A DNA stretch of 64,000 nt from an uncultured Planctomycetales bacterium (lineage in GTDB: Bacteria; Omnitrophota; Gorgyraeia; Zapsychrales; GWA2-47-8), in NCBI GenBank assembly GCA_964499685.1, contig CAZCLW010000001.1, positions 28,278 through 92,277 of the forward strand. Direction: 5' to 3'. This document shows, piece after piece, positions 42,001 through 54,000 of the stretch; within the stretch, counting starts at the first letter, position 1, and each line of letters begins with the position of its first letter. A program made the position numbers and the translations under genes. The notes below the pieces were generated by a model that made no database searches, was not told the DNA's origin, and saw nothing but the letters and a program-made list of their open reading frames with translations.

Positions 42001-45000
42001 CGATGAAGAAGTCGCCCGCCGCTTCGCCGGTACACCGGAATACGGTATTCATCTCCAGCGCGTGAGACTCGAGCGCGGTTTGGCCGATGCCCGCAACTAT
42101 CATGATGTGGTTGTCTTATTGGTGAAGGGCGACAGCTTGAAGTACGCGGCCGAAGCGATCGAAAACGCCAAGGGCCGTATCATTCCGGAAGCCAGTAACG
42201 TCATCCAGATTCCGGTCACGATGAGCGTGGAAGAAGCCGCTGCTCAGATCCGCGCCATGATGGAAAAACGTCGCACAAGCGGTGAGGTCGCCGTCATCCT
42301 CGATGTTGTTGAAGAAGATATCAGTGGAAACTTATCCGCCGTATTAAGAACCGCCCGTAAACTGGTTGCCGGCGGCGTCAATCTCAATACGGATCGCATC
42401 GCCATGATTCTCGCCGGTGGCGATGGAAAGCGTAACTATCCGATTACTTTGGCCGAAGGTTATGGTAATAAAGGCTTGGTCAGCTCCTTAAACGGCGAAC
42501 CGAACATCTATCAGGCTATCAAACAGAGCTTACAGATCATCGGTGAAGGTAACGTCGGCATGGTCAGCTTGTCCACCGACCGCATCTTCGGTATTACCCA
42601 GCCGTTAGCCAACTTAGGCAAACAGGGTATTCAGTTGTTAGGCAGCGAAATCGCAAAAGATCATCCGGAATGGGATTATTACGGTAAAGTCGAAGCTGAC
42701 GCGGAAGGCCGCTTGGTTGCTCTCCACAAGAGAAAATCCGAACCCGAAGCCGCCTACTTAGGCCGCGATCTAAGCAGAAAATACTTCCCAGCCAACAATT
42801 TGACTATCTACTATTTCAATGCTCACGTCATCAACGAATTCATCAAAGAGGGCGGCATTGAAAATGGTCCGGATATCGCCCGCAAAGATCAGGATCTCAA
42901 CCAGGTCTTAGGTAAAGGTCTCGCGACTCTTCAGGCCGCCGGCATCGATCTCGGCTTCGTCTCCACCGGTGCCGATACCTATATCACCGATCTCGGCACC
43001 AATGACCGCTACTATGTCGGTTATCAAGCCTTGTTCACAGATGCCATTTTAAGACAGCTCGTCGGCTATTCCTTCATGGAGCCGAAGGTGATCGTCAGCG
43101 CCGATGTCCGCTTGGGCAAGGCTGTCAAGATTGAGAATGGCGCCATCATCTTAGGCAAAGGTTCGATCGAAGCTGGACTCATTGAGAAGGGTGCGGTGGT
43201 GATCAATACAACGGCTAAAGAGGTCGAAGCCAAAAACGGTAGCTTGATCGTGGGCGGTTTTGCTCCGGAAGGAAAGATCATCGGCATCGGCGGAGAAGTT
43301 TTGAGCGATGTTGCTATCAATGCGGAGGGCAAGAAAGTCAACGTCCGCGTCACGATCGATGTTAACGCCGATCCGAAAGAAAAATGGAACGAAAAGCAAT
43401 TCGGCGGATACAGCTACAGCGATCTAAAGAAATATCTCGATTACGAAGAGATGCACAGGCGTCATAGCGGTGTTGAGCTCTTGGGCTACGGCACCGGCCC
43501 CGTCCAAAAGGTCGGTTACGATGAAGTAAGAGCCGGTTACGCCGACAAGTACCAGGTCGAAGCCGACTTAAGAAGAGGCGAATTCTACGCTCATGGCACG
43601 GCCTCCAAAGAATTAGCCGAGATGTTGAAGAATGCCTACGGCCGCCTGCGCGAGCTGGTCAAGGCCGATAGCAGCCTGGAAGCCTACTTCAACGAGATCA
43701 TCAACCGCAAGGATAACGCAGTCAGCACGACCATCCATGTCTCAAGTAAACTCCCGATCGACTCGGTAAGACGCTTCTCCTATCAGAGAGAGTGGCTGAT
43801 GATCATCTTCAACCAGGCCTTCATCGAGTTCCTCTTAAAGCACTATAAGGATCCGTCCAATAAAGAAGCCGTTGAGTACCTCCTGGCCGAGAGACTCTTC
43901 CATGAGTTGGGCCACACCAATAACGTCACCTATGTCAGAGGCGCCATCCGCGAAGAGTTGGGCCTGATCAAAAGAGACGTTCAATTGATCCGCGTGGAGG
44001 CCCAGACCGAAGCCGCCGCCAAGATCGCCGCCTTTAAGGCCCTGGTCGCCTCAGCGGGTCAAGAAGACCTGGCCGCTGAGACCTTCTACCGCGGTAAACT
44101 CGAAGAATTCGGCCGCATGACCGACAAGGCCCAGGAAGAGGCCATCCGCAATTATCTGATGGAATACCATATCGACGGTGAGTATGAGATCGCCGGCCAC
44201 AGGGAATGGATCGTCTTAAGGAACAAAAAGGCCCTAGAATCTATCGCCAAGGCGGTCAAGAAAGACCTTAAGGCCATGCTCGCCCAGGTTGCCAAGGAAA
44301 CCGGCAAAACAGAAACCGAGATATTAGCCGGTACTTTAGCCAGCAAAGAGGTCATGGCAATGACCGCTTCCAGAGTCGATGAAGAAAGAAAAAGATATTT
44401 CCAAGAGCACAATATCAAGAAGGTGGTCGTTGTCATAGGCGGTAACGGTTCCCTCTCGGTCAACGCCCCGGCCCTGCAGAACCAGGAAGATACCGCTATC
44501 GTCCTGGTCCAGGCCATCACCGATAACGGCGGAAGAACAGGTGAACAGGAGATCGAATTAAGGCCGGGCAAAGGACGCACCATCGGCTTAGGCGACCAGG
44601 CGGCCGCCGTTGCCAGCGGCTTGCTGACGGATGCCTTCTTGAACAGAAAGATGTACTCGAACTTCAGCGCGGATAAAGACGATGCCGAGACACCCGGTAC
44701 CCTGGAAGGTGTTGTCATCTATGCCATCAAGAGCAAGTTCCCTGAAATGATCGAAAAAGAATTCGGCATCATCGAATTCATCGTCGAACAGCTCAACATG
44801 GCCAGGATCATCGATGGGGAGTTCGGCGGATTCGACTACAGCGACAAGGCCAAGGCCTATGAGAAGAAGTTCCGCTTCCAAGGAAAGAGCATCCGTAACT
44901 TGCATATGCTGGCCCTCTGGCATGAGATGGGCGCCTTCCGGGACCTCAGGGACGGCGGCGGGGTCGACGAAGAAAGGGCCAAAGTGGCCATGTACATGAT

Positions 45001-48000
45001 GGAACGCGCCTGGGGCGTTGAAGGCCGCTTCCATGTCGTCCCGGTCGCCCTGGAACCGGCGACCTTAAAGGCCGTGTATGCTCAGCCTATCGCCGAGAAG
45101 ATGCTGGGTAAATTACGTAAATTAGACACCGATGCCATGCTCAACTTCGACACCAAGTATGTCGTCCGTAACGAGCAAGGCGAGATCATCGGCGTCTACG
45201 GCCAGAAGTTCATGGATCAGCTCAAAGGCAACAAGCTTGTTGAGTATAGGCTGGTCAAGAGCGAAGAAGATGAGAACGCTCAGCTCCCGTCCATGAACCC
45301 TGAGGTCGGGGAATGGCTCCAGAGAGCCGATGCCATCATCTTCGGACCTGGCAGCCTGTATTCGAGCATCCTCTCGCAGCTGACCGTTCCGGGCCTGGCG
45401 GTGGCGGTAAGGAATGCCAAGGCTGCCCGCAAGATCTGGTTCTTCAACCATGTCAACATGGAAGAGACCAGCAACTACACCTTCATGGATTATGTCAACG
45501 CGATCGAACGTGTCTTGAGCACCCGGGAAGTTGCCATGGCCGGCAATATGATCCAGGTCATTAGAGTAAGCCGCGATCACGGCACAGCCCGCTATATTGA
45601 AGATGCCGACCATGTTTATAAGGATGAACAGGGCAACAACTATGTCAAGATAGGCGACCTGGTCAATACCGTCTTGAGCAACAATCCGTACGGGGCAGCC
45701 GTGGATGCTTACATTCAGCAGCATGGATTGAACCAATACGGTGAACCGCAAGAAACAGCTTACACCAACGGTAGCCCGCTGCTCGATGAACAAAAGAGAC
45801 TTAAATTCGTCGGCCGAGATGGCACCATCTATGCCGGCATGGAAGATAATAACGTCCTTCAGCGCTCTAAAGTCGAAGTCCCAGCTGAAAAGGGCGTCTA
45901 TGAGTTCTATCCGATCTTGGTTGCGGAGGATGGAAGGATTATCCGCGTCTCCAAAGACGATCTCGTCCAGGTCGAGATCCGTCCCGGCGTCTATGGCTAC
46001 ATGAGCCCGTATGTGTATGTCAACAGACATGTCTATGCGGTCCTGAAGAACCCGGCATTGATGAGAGAGTTAGGTATCGACCTGACCAGTGACGAAGGCC
46101 TCAAGGTCCTCTGGCTCTTAAGCTGGTCCGAACAAGACGGCAAGCTCTATCACAGCCGTTCGGAAGCCGGCAAATGGGAAAAACTGGTCTACGCCGCCGA
46201 TAGTGACGTTACCGAATTAGAGACCAGAGGCATCAAGAAAGACAATGTCTTAAGAGAGCGTATCGTCAACGTCGCCCGCAAGGACTTGAAGGCCGCCGTG
46301 GGTGAAGCGGTCATCGAGACCATGGGCGGTACGGACGCCACCTCCGTGGGCAAGGTGTTCGAGGCGATGGACCTGTTGGGGAGAGATATAACCCGCCGCT
46401 TACCTGGTGAAAAAATGCTCAGTGAAAAATCCGTTAAGACCCAGATTGCTGAAAACGGCGGTATTCAGGCTTATGCGAGTATTGCCGCAAACAGCCAAGA
46501 AGCCAGATTAGCCGCGGCCATTATTAAGAAAATGCTGGGAGAAAGAGCCGCATCTCAATTAAAGAATATCGTGGATGGCGGAATGTTAAGGGCCGGTCCG
46601 TTAACGGGTGCCGTTGCTGCAAATATAATCATTGATGGAAAACGCATTATCATCCTCAGCACCACATATCCCGCCTATAACAATCTCATTGAAAGAATCA
46701 TCAGTATAGTTCACGAAATCGGCGCTATCCAAGGCTTAAGCGATGCCGCTAACGGAGAGCTTGAGGCTAAAGTTCTTATTTTATTAGAGAAGTTTACGGA
46801 AGCTATTGAAGATATTTTCCGGCTCACGGCTGCCTTTGAACGCAAAACCCTCCGGACCCGAGAGAGCATCATTGACTTCTTGATCGGCTGGTTGGAAAGC
46901 GGTGAGAATTTTGCTTATGAGAAATTGGACATCATCAAGATCCGTAAAGGCAAAGAGATCGTTGCAGGAAGCTTAAATGCCCGCTTAGCTCACGACTTAG
47001 GATTCCGTCACAGATCAGCCAATGCCTTTGTGGTCGCGCCGGATGGCAAAGTGGTCTTCCAAAGACGTGCTCATCATAAACGGGCAGCGCCTTGGCAGAT
47101 ATCCATCTACGGCGGCCATGTCAAGGCCGGTCATTCTTATGAGCATACGATCCTTCATGAAGAGTTACCTGAAGAGTTGGAAATCACCAAGCAATTGAAA
47201 GGACGTTTAGTGCGCGTCGGCAAGGAAGGCGCTTTCCGGTGGGATTCAAAGGGTAATAGAGATGTCAGCACCTTATACGTTTATTTCTTAACAGAAGAAG
47301 AGTATGAGGCTATTCGCGAACATGCCTTCCAGCTGGAAGAAATGAAATCAAGGATGACCGAAGATGAATTCAAGGCATGGCTCGAACAGCAGGCCAAACA
47401 GCATCCCGGCCATTACGAAGTCTATAAGATCATTTTCGAAAATATCGAACGTCTGGCCGGACGCCGTTCCTTCCTCGTTACCGAGAGCTACAACGATAAG
47501 ACTGTGACTGAAGATGTGGCGTTCACTAAAGACGTCATGTCGACCTTGATGAATGATGCGGCATTAATGGAGGAAATCAAGGGTATCATCGATCAAGAAT
47601 TAGGCGAAGTCGACATGCTCGGCTACGGCACCGGCCCCGTCCAAAAGGTCGGTTACGATGAAGTAAGAGCCGGTTACGCCGACAAGTACCAGGTCGAAGC
47701 CGACTTAAGAAGAGGCGAATTCTACGCTCATGGCACGGCCTCCAAAGAATTAGCCGAGATGTTGAAGAATGCCTACGGCCGCCTGCGCGAGCTGGTCAAG
47801 GCCGATAGCAGCCTGGAAGCCTACTTCAACGAGATCATCAACCGCAAGGATAACGCAGTCAGCACGACCATCCATGTCTCAAGTAAACTCCCGATCGACT
47901 CGGTAAGACGCTTCTCCTATCAGAGAGAGTGGCTGATGATCATCTTCAACCAGGCCTTCATCGAGTTCCTCTTAAAGCACTATAAGGATCCGTCCAATAA

Positions 48001-51000
48001 AGAAGCCGTTGAGTACCTCCTGGCCGAGAGACTCTTCCATGAGTTGGGCCACACCAATAACGTCACCTATGTCAGAGGCGCCATCCGCGAAGAGTTGGGC
48101 CTGATCAAAAGAGACGTTCAATTGATCCGCGTGGAGGCCCAGACCGAAGCCGCCGCCAAGATCGCCGCCTTTAAGGCCCTGGTCGCCTCAGCGGGTCAAG
48201 AAGACCTGGCCGCTGAGACCTTCTACCGCGGTAAACTCGAAGAATTCGGCCGCATGACCGACAAGGCCCAGGAAGAGGCCATCCGCAATTATCTGATGGA
48301 ATACCATATCGACGGTGAGTATGAGATCGCCGGCCACAGGGAATGGATCGTCTTAAGGAACAAAAAGGCCCTAGAATCTATCGCCAAGGCGGTCAAGAAA
48401 GACCTTAAGGCCATGCTCGCCCAGGTTGCCAAGGAAACCGGCAAAACAGAAACCGAGATATTAGCCGGTACTTTAGCCAGCAAAGAGGTCATGGCAATGA
48501 CCGCTTCCAGAGTCGATGAAGAAAGAAAAAGATATTTCCAAGAGCACAATATCAAGAAGGTGGTCGTTGTCATAGGCGGTAACGGTTCCCTCTCGGTCAA
48601 CGCCCCGGCCCTGCAGAACCAGGAAGATACCGCTATCGTCCTGGTCCAGGCCATCACCGATAACGGCGGAAGAACAGGTGAACAGGAGATCGAATTAAGG
48701 CCGGGCAAAGGACGCACCATCGGCTTAGGCGACCAGGCGGCCGCCGTTGCCAGCGGCTTGCTGACGGATGCCTTCTTGAACAGAAAGATGTACTCGAACT
48801 TCAGCGCGGATAAAGACGATGCCGAGACACCCGGTACCCTGGAAGGTGTTGTCATCTATGCCATCAAGAGCAAGTTCCCTGAAATGATCGAAAAAGAATT
48901 CGGCATCATCGAATTCATCGTCGAACAGCTCAACATGGCCAGGATCATCGATGGGGAGTTCGGCGGATTCGACTACAGCGACAAGGCCAAGGCCTATGAG
49001 AAGAAGTTCCGCTTCCAAGGAAAGAGCATCCGTAACTTGCATATGCTGGCCCTCTGGCATGAGATGGGCGCCTTCCGGGACCTCAGGGACGGCGGCGGGG
49101 TCGACGAAGAAAGGGCCAAAGTGGCCATGTACATGATGGAACGCGCCTGGGGCGTTGAAGGCCGCTTCCATGTCGTCCCGGTCGCCCTGGAACCGGCGAC
49201 CTTAAAGGCCGTGTATGCTCAGCCTATCGCCGAGAAGATGCTGGGTAAATTACGTAAATTAGACACCGATGCCATGCTCAACTTCGACACCAAGTATGTC
49301 GTCCGTAACGAGCAAGGCGAGATCATCGGCGTCTACGGCCAGAAGTTCATGGATCAGCTCAAAGGCAACAAGCTTGTTGAGTATAGGCTGGTCAAGAGCG
49401 AAGAAGATGAGAACGCTCAGCTCCCGTCCATGAACCCTGAGGTCGGGGAATGGCTCCAGAGAGCCGATGCCATCATCTTCGGACCTGGCAGCCTGTATTC
49501 GAGCATCCTCTCGCAGCTGACCGTTCCGGGCCTGGCGGTGGCGGTAAGGAATGCCAAGGCTGCCCGCAAGATCTGGTTCTTCAACCATGTCAACATGGAA
49601 GAGACCAGCAACTACACCTTCATGGATTATGTCAACGCGATCGAACGTGTCTTGAGCACCCGGGAAGTTGCCATGGCCGGCAATATGATCCAGGTCATTA
49701 GAGTAAGCCGCGATCACGGCACAGCCCGCTATATTGAAGATGCCGACCATGTTTATAAGGATGAACAGGGCAACAACTATGTCAAGATAGGCGACCTGGT
49801 CAATACCGTCTTGAGCAACAATCCGTACGGGGCAGCCGTGGATGCTTACATTCAGCAGCATGGATTGAACCAATACGGTGAACCGCAAGAAACAGCTTAC
49901 ACCAACGGTAGCCCGCTGCTCGATGAACAAAAGAGACTTAAATTCGTCGGCCGAGATGGCACCATCTATGCCGGCATGGAAGATAATAACGTCCTTCAGC
50001 GCTCTAAAGTCGAAGTCCCAGCTGAAAAGGGCGTCTATGAGTTCTATCCGATCTTGGTTGCGGAGGATGGAAGGATTATCCGCGTCTCCAAAGACGATCT
50101 CGTCCAGGTCGAGATCCGTCCCGGCGTCTATGGCTACATGAGCCCGTATGTGTATGTCAACAGACATGTCTATGCGGTCCTGAAGAACCCGGCATTGATG
50201 AGAGAGTTAGGTATCGACCTGACCAGTGACGAAGGCCTCAAGGTCCTCTGGCTCTTAAGCTGGTCCGAACAAGACGGCAAGCTCTATCACAGCCGTTCGG
50301 AAGCCGGCAAATGGGAAAAACTGGTCTACGCCGCCGATAGTGACGTTACCGAATTAGAGACCAGAGGCATCAAGAAAGACAATGTCTTAAGAGAGCGTAT
50401 CGTCAACGTCGCCCGCAAGGACTTGAAGGCCGCCGTGGGTGAAGCGGTCATCGAGACCATGGGCGGTACGGACGCCACCTCCGTGGGCAAGGTGTTCGAG
50501 GCGATGGACCTGTTGGGGAAAAAGCCGGTCCAGCCGGCCAAACAGATCTTAGATCAAGAATTTGTCTCCATTACCGATACACAAAAAGCCTATGAAGCTT
50601 TAGAACGTAAAGAAGAAGTAAGAGTCGGATATTTGCGGGGCGGAAAAGTTTATCATGAAGTGGTCATGACCGTTCCGGTAGCCAGAGCTGAAGAAGAGAT
50701 TGCAACGGTTGCTGAGTATGTGACTTTAAGGATTGCCGGAACATTATCCAGGGTCGGCGCTGAAGGCATCGTTATCTATACTCCGGCCAAGAAGGTCTAT
50801 CAGCAGATTGAAGCGTTATTGACCCAGAAATATGGCCGTGTCCCGAGCTATTTCAGCGGTATTTATGAGACCAGATTCGGAATAAAGAGAGCCAAAAGAT
50901 CGTGGGAAACAAAAGTCAAAGCCTCAGCCGCCGAAGCCATCGCTAAAGAAATTAAATATGATCAAGGTCGTGTGGTCGGCATCGATGTGGGGGCCAGCGA

Positions 51001-54000
51001 CGTTAAAGTCATCAGTTTTGTGGATGGAAAGGTTGTCTATGCTAAGGAAGTCAATTGGTATTCCGTCAGCTTCAGAAGCTCAGATATCCATTTAAGATAT
51101 TATGTGACCATGGCAAGATTGGCGCAGATCGCTATTTCGATCAAAGAAAGCACCAGTTTGGATGTACGCGGGTTTGAGGAAGAATTAAAAGAGTTAGCGC
51201 ATGATGCCAACAGCCCGCTCGATAAGATCGAAGATTTCATCAGGAGAGTTGAAGAAACCGGAATAAGGGTTATTCAATTAGATGCTGTCGGCCTGAGCAC
51301 CGCCGGTGCGGTCGTCGAAGGTCGTATCGTCCAGGAAGGTGCTCGCGTCTATCAAGGCGTTGAAGCCGAAGAATTCTGGACCAAGGTCGCTCCGATGGCC
51401 CGCCGGATTTCTGAGGCCTTGGACGGGGTCGTGGTTGGCGTGTTGAATGACGGCGATGCCGGGGCTATTTCGGTTGCCGGAACGCTCGGATTAAAGAAAA
51501 CATTGGCCTTAAGTTTAGGAACAGGTCTGGCCGGCGGATACGTTGATGAACAAGGCATGGTCACCAATAACTTAGGTGAAGTCGGTAAGGTTTCGATCGA
51601 CATTTCAGCCCGCTCAGGCCAGGAAGGATTTATCCACGAAGGCTTGAGATTGCCGGGTGCCCTCCAGCAATATACCTCACAGCGCGGTGTCTTGAGATTA
51701 GCCGACCAGGCCTGGCCGGGATTAGACAGAGAATTCAAGGAAAAGGTCGCCAAAGAATTTGCCGCTAAGCATAGCATCGACTTAAAGGATGTCCAAGACA
51801 TCATTAAGGCAGTCGGAGAAAAATTAAGCGGCACAGCCAAAGAAGAATATGAAAAAGCCATCGGGGCCCGACCGAAACTCAAATACATCCAGAAGAAGCT
51901 GACTTCGGATAACGAAGAAGAACGGAAAACAGCCGAAGCCATCTTCCGTACGATCGGATATTATTTGGCGGTCGTCGTTGAATCAAGTATTGAAGATCTC
52001 AAGATCGAAAATGTTGTCCTCTTCGGCGCGGTCACCAGCGGTAAGGCCGGTGAATTGATCGTTTCATCCACCATGGAAAACCTGAAGAATAAGGGCATTG
52101 CGGGGGTCAAAGTGCTGTTGGCTTCCGAAGAAAATTATGCCGCTAAGTTCGGAATAGAGATCAGCAAGGAATTCGGCTATCAATTTGCTGCACGCTTTGG
52201 ACAAGCCGTCGGGGCTGTTTATATGGGGTTACAAAGAAAAGTCAATCCTGAGATCGCCAAGGCTGAGCCTATCAGCGATGCAGAAGTCAAAAGAAGATTC
52301 GAAGGAACGGCTGAATATGGCATCCATCTACAACGCGTGAGATTAGAGCGCGGTTTAGCCGATCCAAGAAAGTATCATGATGCGGTTGTCCTGTTAGTAA
52401 AAGGCGATAGCTTAACGTATACGAAAGATGCTCTTGAACTGGCCAAGGGCAAGGTCATTCCGTCAGCCAGTAACATTATCGAGATACCGGCAACCATGAG
52501 CCTGGAAGAAGCGGGCCGCAAGATCGCCGAAGTCATGCAGAGAAGAAGAGATCACGGCGAAACAGCCATTATTCTGGATGTGGTTGAGGAAGATATCGAA
52601 GGTAACTTATCTGCCGTTCTCCGCACCTTTAGAAAGCTCGTCTTAGGCGGCATCAAATTCAAACAAGAACGCGTGCTGATGGTCCTCGCCGGCGGCGATG
52701 GAAAGAGAAATTATCCGATCACGCCTGCCGAAGGGTTCGGGAATAAGGGTCTGGTCAGCTCATTGAACGGCGAGCCGAATATTTATCAGGCGATCAGGCA
52801 GGGCTTGCAGATCTTCGGAGAAGGCAATACCGGTTTAGTCAGCTTGTCCACCGACCGCATCTTCGGCATTACCAAAGCCCTGACCGATTTAGGCAAGCAG
52901 GGCGTTCAATTATTAGGCAGCGAGATCCGTAAAGACCATCCGGAATGGGATTATTACGGTAAGGTCGAGGCCGATTTGGAAGGCCGTCTGGTGGCTTTGC
53001 ACAAGAGAAATTCTCCTGCTGAAGCTGAATACTTAAATCGTGATGCGGGCCGTAAATATTATCCAGCTAACAACTTAACGATTTATTATTTCGGCGATGA
53101 AATGATCAGAAGGTTCATCATGGAGGGCGGAATTGAACATGGGCCTGATATCGCCAGAAAAGACCAGGACCTCAATCAGGTCCTCGGTAAGAACGCACAG
53201 CTGTTGCAGGGTGCAGGTGTCGAGGTCGGATTTGTTTCAACCGGTGAAGATACTTATATAACCGATTTGGGCAGCAACGACAGATATTATGTCGGATATC
53301 AATCATTGTTTACAGATGCCATCTTAAGACAGTTGGTCGGGTACTCATTCATGAAGCCGAAGAAAATTGTGGGTAAGGACATGAAATTAGCTAAGGGAGT
53401 AAAAGTTGAAGACGGTGCCGTTGTTTTGGGTCGCGGTGAAATTAAGGAAGGTATCATTGAAGCTGGCGCCGTTGTCGTGAACACAACAGCTCAAAGAATT
53501 GTTGCCAGGAAAGGAACCCTGGTGATGGCTGGATACGATCCGCAAGGTGAAATAACGGGTGAAGCCGGTCAAGTCTTGAGCGATGTGGCTCTGAATGTTG
53601 AAGGCCAAAAGGTCAATGTCCGCGTAACGGCGCCAATCGAGGCTGATCCGAAAGCGACCTGGAAAGATAAGCAGTTCAGCGGATACAGCTACGCGGATCT
53701 GAAGAAATATTTGGATTATGAGGAAGTGAAAAGAAGGCTTCAAGGTGCTGACTCCACCCAACCCTTCACCGAGATCCCGGTGGCCTTAAGCGGTGAAGAT
53801 GAAGTTTCCGCCGTTGTGAAGGCTGTTCTGAAGAACGATCAAGCGATCCTCGAAGTGACGGAAGGCGCCCTCCAGCCCGGACAGGAAGAGCTATTGAAGG
53901 AAACGCTGACCAAATTATCCATGCTGGTCCGCGGGCCGCCGGTTATCTTGACCATCCGCTTGACCACCCGCCGCACTGATCTTACGATCGGTTCTTCCGC

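Larger units (their letters stand above)
43484..46382 (+). repeat. Copy 1 of a 2,899-bp exact direct repeat (unit B), in frame. Encodes an HExxH-containing segment plus a YvcK/CofD-like domain.
   Basis: Identical to 47621-50519 (offset 4137 nt). The boundaries were located by base comparison: the mismatch just upstream is g43483 versus c47620, and the mismatch just downstream is g46383 versus a50520. The ORF track shows identical antisense ORFs at both loci. Confidence 0.85.

Noticed and set aside
43484-50519. Possibility that the 2.9 kb exact repeats are copies of a mobile element (IS/transposon)
   Set aside because: No transposase-like translation, no terminal inverted repeats or target-site duplications seen. 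Both copies are in frame and encode a YvcK/CofD-like domain continuous with the host ORF, so this is an intragenic module duplication, not an insertion.
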